This document shows positions 46,905 through 57,600 of a stretch of 64,000 nucleotides of DNA, in pieces. Every line of letters starts with the position of its first letter. The first letter of the stretch is position 1. The notes under the pieces are model-generated. The model saw only the letters and a program-made list of their open reading frames with translations, was not told the origin of the DNA and searched no databases. The position numbers and the translations under genes were made by a program. The DNA comes from an uncultured archaeon (GTDB lineage Archaea > Asgardarchaeota > Thorarchaeia > Thorarchaeales > Thorarchaeaceae), in contig CAZLEV010000001.1 of NCBI GenBank assembly GCA_964558645.1, positions 349,568 to 413,567 of the forward strand, read 5' to 3'.

Positions 46905-49900
46905 CTAGTCTATGTCGATGCCAAGACTCTCCAGTAACGCCTTCAGATCAGCCTTTGAGAGGTTCTCGGCCTCTTCAAGTATCGTATCTATCTCATCCGA
47001 TGACATGCCCTTCTTTTCGAGTTTCATCTTCAGGTCCTGAAGTTCCTCCGGTAGGTCTCCGAGGGTCAGTTCTTCTTTGACCTCCAGCTCCTCTACGCCT
47101 GCGAGTTCGTCCGCTCGTCTTGCCTCCTCTTGGATAATGACCTCTTTGATGAATCCCGGTCTCTCACTCGGCTTCATCCTTGCGAGGTCAAGTCTGAAGG
47201 CCTCAATCTCTTCATCGCCTAGGCCAGTAATCTCAGCAAGCCTCTTGAGGAGTTCGTCCACCTCAGGCACAATCGCTCGGATGGTCTCACCTTCTACCTC
47301 CTCCAATGTCTTGGTTACGCCAGAAGGTCGTAGCTCCTCATTTGCAATCTGAAGAATCGTCTTCCTACGAGATGGAACGTCTGCAGGCTTCGGCACTCCT
47401 CCTCGAGCTAGTTTACGAATCATTGCGTTCATTACGCGTACTAGTTTGGGAACGCTCCAGATTCTCACATACAGGAAGAGAAGGGCGGCAAAAAGGATGA
47501 GCCCTATGCTTCCGTAGGTTGTTAGCGCCTGAGTCAGGACTTGTGCCGCAGATGGGTCTGAACGTATCTCGAATTGGATCGATTGAGTTTCATAGAGCTC
47601 CTTTGTGAAGGCGACGCTCATAATAAAGGTACCTGCCTCGTTCACTTGGAGTAGTAGAATGTATGTACCGTTACCTAGAGATTGAAGCCTGTCCGGATAG
47701 TATGTGAGACTGCCAGTCCCAAAGCTCACATCTGGAACTACGTTTTCTATTCCTACTCCGTGGTCTAAGTCCCAATAGGTGATGGTGACCTGGATTGCTG
47801 AGCCCGGTATCGTCTGGACAGTTGTGTTGGATACCATTAATGTGGTACGGATTCTTCGTACATCAAGGTCAATCGTGTGAACGGGGACAGAGTACATGGT
47901 GCCAGTGAAGCTTACTTCTATGGTGTAGAGACCTATGGGGAGGTCACTGGGAACGTTCAATACGAAGCTCCCGTTCCCGAGCTGTGTGAGTTCCGCTTGA
48001 CCAATACCCTCGAAGAAAGCCAGCCCATTCACGTCCGAAATCGTTACCTGTGTCAGGTCATTGACAACTGTCAGAACAGCGCTAGTTCCCTCACCAATGG
48101 GTATCGATAGGCTCTCTGTTCCTTCGACATGAGCAGGCGTTCTAGCCATGGCAAGAATTAGCCTGATCGATGCAGTGTCGTAGTTGTCCAGAGAACCCTG
48201 AATCTGGATTTCATAGTTGCGCGGAACTGTGACATTGATGAACACTGTGACCGTATAAGTTCCATTGGCATCATCAGTGACAAGTCCTGATCCGCCATCC
48301 CAGATAACCACCAGTTCAGCACCGACTACTGGTTGGTTGTTATAGGTGTCATTCAGATACAGTGAGTATGTGACATTGTAGCCATGGTATCCGGATTGAG
48401 TTGACGTGTCTGTTTCGAACTTCGTCGGCAACGGAACAATACTTGCGAGAGACCTCAACTGAGATGTTGAATAACCCTCTCTTGATGCGGTCAATCTCAG
48501 ATAGAGTGTTTGTGAGCCTATTGGAGTTGTGTTGATGTTTGCCCTGTAGCTCCCGTCAGGTTGCTCAATAAGCTCCCCTGACAGAGTACCTAGAGTATAC
48601 GTAAGATTCGCTCCAAGTATCTTCTGGTTGTTGTCTTCGTTCATGTAGTCTACAGATATGACTATTGAGCTACCGTAGTAGACAGTAAGGTGAGTGATGT
48701 CTTCATCTATCTGTAACCTCGTCGGAACTGGCACGATGTTGATATCGACAGAGGTTTCCAAGAATGCGAAGTTTGTTTCTATCGCCCGAACTATCAACTC
48801 GTATTCTCCCAATGGGAACCCTGACATATTTAGACTCACGATGTAGAAGCCTGGTGTTCCGTTATTGGGAACAAGGTAGTCCGTTCCGTTCCACTCGATT
48901 GATACTTCATCTGCAGTGACAGGCTCGTTTCGACCAGTATCATTGAGATAGACCCAGAAAACAAGGTTGGTGTCGGTGACCACATTAAGTATCGATTGTT
49001 CGAGTACTATCTGACCGGTTCCTCTCGATACTGACAGTGTGAATGTTCTCTGTCGTGTCTGATAAAACTCCCGTGATACTGTTATTTGGGGCTGGTAGGT
49101 ACCATAGTCGTTATCACGTGTGTTCAGATACAGCTCGTAGGTGCCGTCCTCGTTGTCCGAGAAGGTGTATTCTGTGTCGTTCCAGACGAGTACCGCATCC
49201 ATGCCTGGTACCAGCGTGCCGTGATAGGGTTCTTCCACTTCAATGATAATATGAACCATACTGCCCCAATCGGCATAATATGTCGTTCTGTCCATCACTA
49301 TCTCAACTGTGAGGGCACCCGGTTGGATGGTAACAGATGCAATACCAGTCGAATAGTTCTCAAGCTGAGCTTGGATCTCGAATGGGTATTTCTGCGCTAT
49401 CAGGCCAGTAGTATTGATTGCGATTTGATAGATGCCTGCAGCAGTTTCTGTTATGGTCACTTCAGTCGCATAGAGCGCTTCCCAGTTGGTCGTTACAAGT
49501 GCGTCACTCAGCACACCTCCATGGTCTGCATCAGTGAATGTTACATTGACTCGGTGAATGTCACCCAATGGTAGCGATCCGAGTGGAGGTGCTTCTGCAC
49601 TAAGCGCAGTCTGTATCAGCCTGATTGTTGCTGGAACATCGGTTGTGGTTCTATTCGAGTAGAATGGTATTCCGGTCTTGCCCATTGTTATGTTGAAGAA
49701 TATGACACCTGCACCTCCAAACTGGGAGGTGGGAATCAGAATCCTGTAGGTTCCTTCACCTATCTCTTCCAAGTAGTAAGTTGCAGAAGTCAGGTTTGTG
49801 AACGAGATTGTTGCAGAGGCATTCTCTATCCCAGCATCAGACAGATAGTCTACAAACTCGAATTCAACAGTGATATTGCTCAATAGAGGAGTTTCGTCAA

Positions 49901-52900
49901 CCAATGGGAACAGTATTTGTGTAGGCCTTTCGGTTGTCGTTGCTTGGGTCGTCTTTTCGCGACTAGCATAGTATGGCTCGACACCGGACTTGTTGACCAG
50001 AAGGCGAATCTCATGAGCAGTAACCAAGTTCTCCGAATCAAGAACCGTAGACTTGAGGCTTATGTGATATACATCTTCTGTCATATCTAGGCTGTATTCG
50101 GCTGAAGTGATTATCGTACTTGTCGGACCATGAAACAGAGTAATGTGTGTCTTATTGATACTAATGACTTGTCCTGTCAGGTAATCGGTGAAACGAAATG
50201 AGAATGTCACGTTTTCTTCGAACGGCGTTTCGCCGGGCGTCTGAGTGATCAATATCTGAGTTGGCCGCTCGACAACTCTTGCGTTTATGAACCTGCCAGA
50301 GGTCGCGTAGTATGGCTCTCCACTCCATGACAGAGTCACATTTAGTGAATAAGTCGCAAGCCCACCGAGAGCTTGAGTTTCAATGCGTATCAGGTAGTCG
50401 CCATTTCCGATATCAGTGAACCAGTAATTGACGCCTGGCTCCAGCGAATCCGTTGAATCATCACAAGAAACAAGCACCGCTGCCCCGCTGATCTGGGTTC
50501 CAGTAGTGTCATCAGAGTACGAGACTGTGAAGCTCACGTTAGTACCATAGGGTGCGGGGTCCGGGCTGTCATAGCCAAGTTGCGTGACTCTATCCAATAT
50601 TGAAAGACTGAGTATCTCTCCGGCATCAGCAGCGAAGTTAGTCCCGTTGTAGACTATGGTGGCGTTGATTATGAAGATGCCAGTTGTGGAGAAGGAGGTG
50701 TTGAGTTTCACCATATAGTGACCGTTTCCTAGTCCTGTAACCGTATACCATCCTTCTAGAGTGGTGTTTAGCATCAAGTTACCTGTCATGCCGGAGCTAC
50801 TGCCTGCAATCAGGTCTGTATAGACAAACTCGATTGATACGTCGTTCCCCCACTGTGGAGGAGTGAACGAGAGATGTGTCAGCTGGGTGCTGCGTAGGGT
50901 CACGGTGATGCCAAATGACTTGCTACTGATCGACGTGTAGTATGGCTCTCCTACCCATGATAGGTTCAGGTGGAGTGTAAAAGTACCCGTACCACCGAGT
51001 GTTGCTGTGTCTATCGCTATTGTGAATGTTCTTGTTCCGGAATCATAATTCAGTGAGTAAATGACGCCGCCTTCATTTAGAGATATGGAGAGAGAACTAG
51101 AATTCTCGATTCTCACACTCGTCAGAGAGTCTATGTAGCCAAACTGGAAGTATGCATCTTCTCCGTATGGCGTGATATCCGCAGATGAGTAATCAACATA
51201 AGTTGGTCTTTCAAGTATGATTAGACTCACTGTCAGAGTCTTGTTCTCATAGAGTGGACTCACGCCCTCGCTCCATTCGAAATCTATTTGGAACTTGAAA
51301 GTACCCACAAGCCCAAAGCGCGATGAATCGAGAGAGAACCTGTAGGTTCCGGGGTTGCCCACGAGCTCTGTTACTTCGAAATCATTTTGCGCCACAGAAT
51401 GTCCGGAGGTTATTGTTGTGATTCTGAGCCAGACGTCTCCTGTGGATGCATTTGAGATGCGAGTTCCATTCACAGCGTCATAGTAGACGACTGTAAACGT
51501 GAAGTTATTCAAGTAGTAGGTTGCTGTTGGCGCTTGTTCAAGATAGAGGTCGGTCGCCGTCCCAAGGACTCTGACTTCCGTCAATATGGTCTGATTGTAG
51601 TACTTCTCCACTGCTCCTATCCACTTTGCTTCTATGGTCAAATCTTTCCATCCGATGCTTCCCCATTGGTCGCTTGCGATCGTGATGTTATAGTGTCCCT
51701 CACCCAAGCTGGATTCAGAGACTGAATATAGGAGATCGAGTACTCCTGAGGAGCTGACCGATATCTGAACGTTTCCGGAGTTGTTGTTGATTCCCGTTCC
51801 CAGATCTGTGTCACGATACTCGACAAGTACGATTATGCTCTGCCCGTAGGGTGTCTGCTCCACAGGGCTATCAAGAACAAATAGCGTGTTATGACTTCGG
51901 ACCTGTACACCAATAGAGAAGGTGTGATTTTGATAATTCTGTCGTCTGACATTGAACTCGACGTTGTAGAACTCATCTGTCCCTGTTATTTCGTCGTCAT
52001 CCTCAGTGAAGATTGTTATCTCATATACTCCATCATCTATCTCGACTACAGTGTAGTTCTGTTCACCGCTCTCGTGGAACGGAGTCCAATTGCAGGTTAT
52101 GTAAGATGCGCCACCTGTTATCGGAACGTCGAGCTCGCTGTCAAACCATGTCAGTGTGAAGGAGTCCGATTCTCCTACAGGAATCGACAATCGGTTGGCG
52201 GAATACGAGACGCGATTGTAGATCTCACGTACCTCCACATATATGACCATTTCAGCAATCTCAACGAAAGGGGCATTTGCTTGAACTAGCACAGGATATT
52301 CATCCAGAGGCACTGTTGAGCTATCAAGGTCGATTCTATATACTCCCAATCCCTGTTCGGTCACAGTGTAAGACTGGCTCCAGTTAGACGTGACAAGTGC
52401 TCCCACTATCCCGGTTCCGTTCACGTTCTTGAAGGAAACGTTGAAGCTTTGGTCGCTCCCTATTGCTCCGGATATTCCCGGGTATTGTGGTGATTCAAGT
52501 GTTGAAGCATAATTCACATTGAGCGTGATGGTGGCCTGGGCAGCATCGTAACTACTCTTCGACCAAGTGAGATCCACATCATATTGTCCCTTTCCGGGAA
52601 GCATGGATGTGTCCAGTACTTTGGTGTACTCGCCGTTGCCGCTGTCATCAAATGAATCTGCACCGTCATACCATGAATACTGTAGATTGCCCCCAGGAAC
52701 TAAGATGTCACTATCGGTGTCATTGGCCTCTACGATAAGAAGAACAAGGTCTCCGAAGGTTACGTTGGTGGTCCATGTGCCCACTGCATCATCTGGGTAG
52801 CTGATTACTAGCTCAGAGGAGTGAGTCACTGTGAAGGGCCTTCTGAAGAATCCAGTGTTTTGCCATTCGCCGTTTGCGGCCAAGTCATTAGTAGATGCCT

Positions 52901-54644
52901 GAACCATCCAACTTCCTGCCGAAGAGTTGCTGCCTGCGAGGTTGAAGAAGGGCGTGGTTGCATAACCTGTTCCATCTGCAGTGGCATTGACAGAGTACAT
53001 CTTGACTCCAGCAGGGTCGTAGATTGTGATATTGACAATGGCGTCTTGGAATGTGCTCCCAACATAAGCACGGACACGGGTGCTATTTCCTGCCCTCAAG
53101 TCAGTCGTCCGTTTCCAAGAGGTATCATTGGGATCATATAACTCCAAATCTTGAATCATGTTGGGCGCTGACGAGCGAATTCTCCAGTAACCGTAGCGAC
53201 CTGCCTCTGTAGCTACATCATAAGCTGATACATTGAGATAGCCGTTTCCGGGCTGACCGCCATTCCATCCAGAAGTGAGGTTTGTCGACGGCGCTAGGGG
53301 TTTCGCTACGAAGAACACATCTCTATTCAGAGGAATCGTCTGATTGAAGTAGTATCTGTTGACGTAGCCCGTTGGAATTGCGGCATAGAAATAGGTCGTG
53401 TAGTTCACTTCAGTTGCATTCTGCACCACATATCTCTGCCCGTAAGAATTGGGACTTATCTCATATACCGTGGGTATATCAAGGCGTCTTGCAAACATGT
53501 TGCTCTCGACATCGAACTCAACGATTATCTTGCGATTCGGGTCTGGGTTGGTTGGTGTTGGACTCCATGTGAAGTTGAGCACCACAGGATCATCGGTCCA
53601 AGGTGAATCAGCCATCTCGGTTACATAACCGGAACCGTATCCCGGGGCAGAGCTGACACTGATACCGTTCATTGCAAGACTCACGTCAGAAGGTGCTGCT
53701 CTTGTCTTGACATAGAGTTCGAAGTTGTCAACTTTGGCTCTTGGTCCAATCTCGGGGTCATAACCCACAGATGCCTTACTCCAGAGTCCTATCTCGACGT
53801 TAACATCCTGGTCTGCAGGTAGACTGAATATGTCAGGGGAAACATCGGTGAGTCCCGAGTCATACCATGTTTCTTCAGCATCTATGTCGGTGAAGACCTT
53901 CTGCCAGACCTGTGAACCTTCAATGTTCAGATAGACGGCAAATGAGCCGGTCATTCCATAGTGGGTATCATCTTGGGTATCAGCCCAGTAGTCTGTTCTG
54001 AATGCGGCCCATACAACTTGCCCTCTAGGTATGGACATGGTCTGGGTCACATAGGCACGGTCGCCTTGATCATAGTAGAACGGTGCACTCGCTGAGTTGG
54101 AATCTATCTCGAAGTCGAAGGTACCATCTCCCGCCCCACGACCCGATGAGTTGTATGATGATATTGGTGTGCTGTATGAACCGACGTCCGTCAAGCCTGC
54201 CGTCCAGTCTGAGATGGTCGGTTCGCTGTTGAAATCCCAGTTCCTTACCCAAGACCTGTTCTCTGTCAACTGGGATATCTGTGCTTCAACACGGTATCCT
54301 TCCCACCCGCTTCCGGTAGGAACACTGACGTTTGTTCCTGTTGTAGTGTTCGATGCAAGATACGTCATCAGCTTGTTCCGGAAGTGGTCTGTTGCATTCC
54401 CGAACTCACTACTGATCAGCGGATCTGTAGTACCTACCCATTCCAGACTACCTTGTTCGCTAACGACGAATTTGTGAAGCAACTCCCCAGGCTCCACGTC
54501 AACAGTCTGTCCATTGCCAACATCCACAGGAATGCCCTTGGTGAGATCAGGTTCAATAGCTGATAGGCTATTCAGATTTGAGAGTATTGGGACAAGGAAC
54601 AGGAATACAACTGCGAATGTTGGGATTAGTCTGCGTCTATTCAT
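46905..54644 (-). CDS. Giant type-I membrane protein A (2579 aa): head, ~17 Ig-like modules, TM, ~187-aa cytoplasmic tail
   Basis: Signal peptide, repeated ~100-120-aa beta modules (T.L...PYG.N.T..Y.D...I.GA...G.G.Y), TM near 47469-47516, charged helical tail. Confidence 0.9.
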   Translation of the reverse strand: MNRRRLIPTFAVVFLFLVPILSNLNSLSAIEPDLTKGIPVDVGNGQTVDVEPGELLHKFVVSEQGSLEWVGTTDPLISSEFGNATDHFRNKLMTYLASNTTTGTNVSVPTGSGWEGYRVEAQISQLTENRSWVRNWDFNSEPTISDWTAGLTDVGSYSTPISSYNSSGRGAGDGTFDFEIDSNSASAPFYYDQGDRAYVTQTMSIPRGQVVWAAFRTDYWADTQDDTHYGMTGSFAVYLNIEGSQVWQKVFTDIDAEETWYDSGLTDVSPDIFSLPADQDVNVEIGLWSKASVGYDPEIGPRAKVDNFELYVKTRAAPSDVSLAMNGISVSSAPGYGSGYVTEMADSPWTDDPVVLNFTWSPTPTNPDPNRKIIVEFDVESNMFARRLDIPTVYEISPNSYGQRYVVQNATEVNYTTYFYAAIPTGYVNRYYFNQTIPLNRDVFFVAKPLAPSTNLTSGWNGGQPGNGYLNVSAYDVATEAGRYGYWRIRSSAPNMIQDLELYDPNDTSWKRTTDLRAGNSTRVRAYVGSTFQDAIVNITIYDPAGVKMYSVNATADGTGYATTPFFNLAGSNSSAGSWMVQASTNDLAANGEWQNTGFFRRPFTVTHSSELVISYPDDAVGTWTTNVTFGDLVLLIVEANDTDSDILVPGGNLQYSWYDGADSFDDSGNGEYTKVLDTSMLPGKGQYDVDLTWSKSSYDAAQATITLNVNYASTLESPQYPGISGAIGSDQSFNVSFKNVNGTGIVGALVTSNWSQSYTVTEQGLGVYRIDLDSSTVPLDEYPVLVQANAPFVEIAEMVIYVEVREIYNRVSYSANRLSIPVGESDSFTLTWFDSELDVPITGGASYITCNWTPFHESGEQNYTVVEIDDGVYEITIFTEDDDEITGTDEFYNVEFNVRRQNYQNHTFSIGVQVRSHNTLFVLDSPVEQTPYGQSIIVLVEYRDTDLGTGINNNSGNVQISVSSSGVLDLLYSVSESSLGEGHYNITIASDQWGSIGWKDLTIEAKWIGAVEKYYNQTILTEVRVLGTATDLYLEQAPTATYYLNNFTFTVVYYDAVNGTRISNASTGDVWLRITTITSGHSVAQNDFEVTELVGNPGTYRFSLDSSRFGLVGTFKFQIDFEWSEGVSPLYENKTLTVSLIILERPTYVDYSSADITPYGEDAYFQFGYIDSLTSVRIENSSSLSISLNEGGVIYSLNYDSGTRTFTIAIDTATLGGTGTFTLHLNLSWVGEPYYTSISSKSFGITVTLRSTQLTHLSFTPPQWGNDVSIEFVYTDLIAGSSSGMTGNLMLNTTLEGWYTVTGLGNGHYMVKLNTSFSTTGIFIINATIVYNGTNFAADAGEILSLSILDRVTQLGYDSPDPAPYGTNVSFTVSYSDDTTGTQISGAAVLVSCDDSTDSLEPGVNYWFTDIGNGDYLIRIETQALGGLATYSLNVTLSWSGEPYYATSGRFINARVVERPTQILITQTPGETPFEENVTFSFRFTDYLTGQVISINKTHITLFHGPTSTIITSAEYSLDMTEDVYHISLKSTVLDSENLVTAHEIRLLVNKSGVEPYYASREKTTQATTTERPTQILFPLVDETPLLSNITVEFEFVDYLSDAGIENASATISFTNLTSATYYLEEIGEGTYRILIPTSQFGGAGVIFFNITMGKTGIPFYSNRTTTDVPATIRLIQTALSAEAPPLGSLPLGDIHRVNVTFTDADHGGVLSDALVTTNWEALYATEVTITETAAGIYQIAINTTGLIAQKYPFEIQAQLENYSTGIASVTIQPGALTVEIVMDRTTYYADWGSMVHIIIEVEEPYHGTLVPGMDAVLVWNDTEYTFSDNEDGTYELYLNTRDNDYGTYQPQITVSREFYQTRQRTFTLSVSRGTGQIVLEQSILNVVTDTNLVFWVYLNDTGRNEPVTADEVSIEWNGTDYLVPNNGTPGFYIVSLNMSGFPLGEYELIVRAIETNFAFLETSVDINIVPVPTRLQIDEDITHLTVYYGSSIVISVDYMNEDNNQKILGANLTYTLGTLSGELIEQPDGSYRANINTTPIGSQTLYLRLTASREGYSTSQLRSLASIVPLPTKFETDTSTQSGYHGYNVTYSLYLNDTYNNQPVVGAELVVIWDGGSGLVTDDANGTYTVTVFINVTVPRNYEIQIQGSLDNYDTASIRLILAMARTPAHVEGTESLSIPIGEGTSAVLTVVNDLTQVTISDVNGLAFFEGIGQAELTQLGNGSFVLNVPSDLPIGLYTIEVSFTGTMYSVPVHTIDLDVRRIRTTLMVSNTTVQTIPGSAIQVTITYWDLDHGVGIENVVPDVSFGTGSLTYYPDRLQSLGNGTYILLLQVNEAGTFIMSVAFTKELYETQSIQFEIRSDPSAAQVLTQALTTYGSIGLILFAALLFLYVRIWSVPKLVRVMNAMIRKLARGGVPKPADVPSRRKTILQIANEELRPSGVTKTLEEVEGETIRAIVPEVDELLKRLAEITGLGDEEIEAFRLDLARMKPSERPGFIKEVIIQEEARRADELAGVEELEVKEELTLGDLPEELQDLKMKLEKKGMSSDEIDTILEEAENLSKADLKALLESLGIDID

Positions 54645-57600
54645 TCTGCATCCCCTCCTAGTTGGTCAAGAAGAGCATCTATCTCCGCTTTGGAGAGGTT
54701 CCTAGCTTGTTCTATCATCAGTTCGGCTTCTGCTCCGTCAATGCCCATCTCAACGAGTCTCTCCCGTAGATGATCCAGTTCTTCCTCGGTGAGTTTCCTC
54801 TCTAGGTCTAGTGTTTCCTTCTCTGGTTCGGCAAGTTTCTCTGCCTCCACAATGTCCTTGGCACGTCGTGCACGTTCTTGTTTTAGGACTTCGCTGATGA
54901 AGCCTGCACGTTCACTGGGCCTCATCTTCTCAAGATCTCCTCTTAGCGTGTCTACATCTTCAGGTGCCAATCCGACAACAACAGCGAGCTCTTTCAAGAG
55001 TTCTTCAATATCAAGAATGGATATGTCAACGGTTGAGGGCGCAACATCGGCCGACCCTTTCACAACTCTCACCGGCCGCAAATCCTCGTTCATCATATCA
55101 ATGATCACCTGTTTTCTGTTACGGACAGGAGCTGGCTCAGGTATCTTCCCTCTAGATAGCTGTCGGACCATCGCTCTGATTCTCCTCAGCATCTTGGGAA
55201 CTGACCAAACCCGAATGTAGGCTGCTGCAAAGGCGACAAGGCCAAGAATGGCAAGCGCCAGATAGCCGAAGCTTGTATAGAGGGCCTGTTGCTCAGGACT
55301 GAGTGTGACGTATACGATACCAGAATACGTGCTGGACTCGTAGTTGGTCTTGTTCAGTTGAATCCTGTACTCGTAACCCTGCACGTTAGTTCCTACGAAA
55401 GCGAACACATACGTGCCATTCCCGAAGTCGATAGATGATTCTGGCAATACCTGAAGTGATGTTCCAGATGTTGAGTTGACAGCCATGGGAATCCCTGTTT
55501 CATGGTCGACATCCCAGTATGTTACTCTCACGAATACTGTCTGACCTGAGAATACTGTGCCCGGCGGAGGTGTGACTTGTAGTTCAGTCCTGATCTGTCT
55601 GATAGTCATCTCCACAATGATCTCTCCCCTACTGTAGTTCCCCCGAGTGAATGTAACTCGTATTATGTATGGATTCTCGCGAACGTCGAGTGACTGAATA
55701 CCTGACTCAACGGCCCCGAATCGGTATGACCCATTTCCTAGGTTTGTGAGTGGGTCGGCACCGAATTCCCAGATCGCAGTTGCCGTAGCATCTGTGACTA
55801 GAACGTGGTTCAAGGTATCATTGAATTGGAACAACTGTGTGTAGTCATCACTTACAGGGATGTCAACCTCTAGTGTTCCTATCACTTCTGTTGGAATGGG
55901 CAAGACTCGCAGTTTCACCGAGCTATAACCAAACTCATAGCGGGTCTTCTGGAATGAAACAGATATGTCGTATGGAATGATACCCGCTTGAACTAATGAG
56001 GTATCCAGGGTGAAGGAATAGGTGCCGTTTTCTCCCTCAAGAAGTATTCCGGTGTAGTCGCCAATGGTAAATGATGTTGTTGCATCTTCAACACTCATTG
56101 AATTTGTCTCATCCCAGAATGAAAACGAGAATGTCGCCAATTGTCCGTAGTAGACGTCTTGAGAAGCATCAGTGAGGATCTCAACTGTCGTCCGAATCCT
56201 TGTGACTGTTAGTGTGAATTGGAGTGACGCAGAAGCATACCCGTCTTTGGTGCTTGACACTCTCAAGATGTACTCTTGGATGGCTAATTCGGTCGTGTTC
56301 ACCAGAGCGTAATACCACCCATCCTCAATCTCGGAGAGATTACCGGAGATGCCTGATATGCTGTAGATCAGGTTGGCACCTGTTACCCCCGTGCCAAGAT
56401 CTGTATTGTTTAGGTGGACAGTGATATTCGCAAGAGCTCCTGCAACGGCGCTTAGCACTGTCCGTCCGTCAACGGGTGTGATTTCTGTATTTATCTCTCG
56501 AACCTCAATCGTAAGCTGGATGCTGATACTCTTGTAGTTTGTAGAGGTTGCTTGGACTTGAATCTGATAGTTGCGTATACTAACTCCTTCGATTGTGAAA
56601 TGGCCGACATATCTTGAGAGGGTGGAGTTCCAAATCAAGATGCCAGAGCCTCCCGTCCAAGCAAATGAAAGCGAGCCGTCTGGGATGACAGTGTCATTGG
56701 CTTGGATTAGGTATTGCGCTTCAATAGTGACATTCTGCCCATTCACGACCACCAATTTGTCGAGAGCCCCGGTAAGACGGGCGGGAACCTTGGATATTCG
56801 TACTTGGAATTCCCTCTGTCTAGATTCGTAATTGGCGAGAGCGAAGCTTATCGAGAGCGTGTATTCTCCTGCGTTATAGGCCAGCGTCGACAGATTCAGT
56901 GAGTAGGCACCGTTTTCGATCTCGATCATCGCAAACGTGTCTGACAGGACCGTTAGGTTGACGTTTCCGCCAACAACACCAGTGCCATTTCTTGCATTCG
57001 TGACGTTTACATTGATTGTGACAATTGTTCCCCATTCTGGACTCTCGGGATGAGCATCCAAATCGATGTCAACAGGAAGGGCTGCCAGAACTATGTCCGC
57101 CGTTATCGTCCTGTTGTAGTGGAGATATGATGAAGCATATACTTCGAAGGGGTACTCTCCAGCATCTAGAGGCCGTGTGTCAATGGTGAGGTAGTATACT
57201 CCACCGACGCCTTCTAGTATTGTGGCTGTAGAGCCGTAGAGTGACTGCCAGTTTGTCGTGACATTTGCTCCTTCGATACCAAGACCTGTGTTTATGCTTG
57301 TGAAAGTAACATTCGCCTCAAGGGTGTCGCCAAGATAGTATGTAACACCTGTTGGAACAACAAGAGCGAGCTCTGTTGACACGGGATTCAATGTGATACT
57401 GAATGACAGTTGGGTCTTATTCTGATAGAAGGGGGTTCCCAACCAGGTGAAGTTCGCAGAAAAGCGATACTTGCCGAGGGTTGGAAACTCGGTTGTGTTT
57501 ATCCTAACTTCATAGGATCCGTCAGCACCGACGAGAACCCAGTACTCGATTACTGACACATTCGAACAAGATACTGTGACTTCGGCTCCGGATATCCCGT

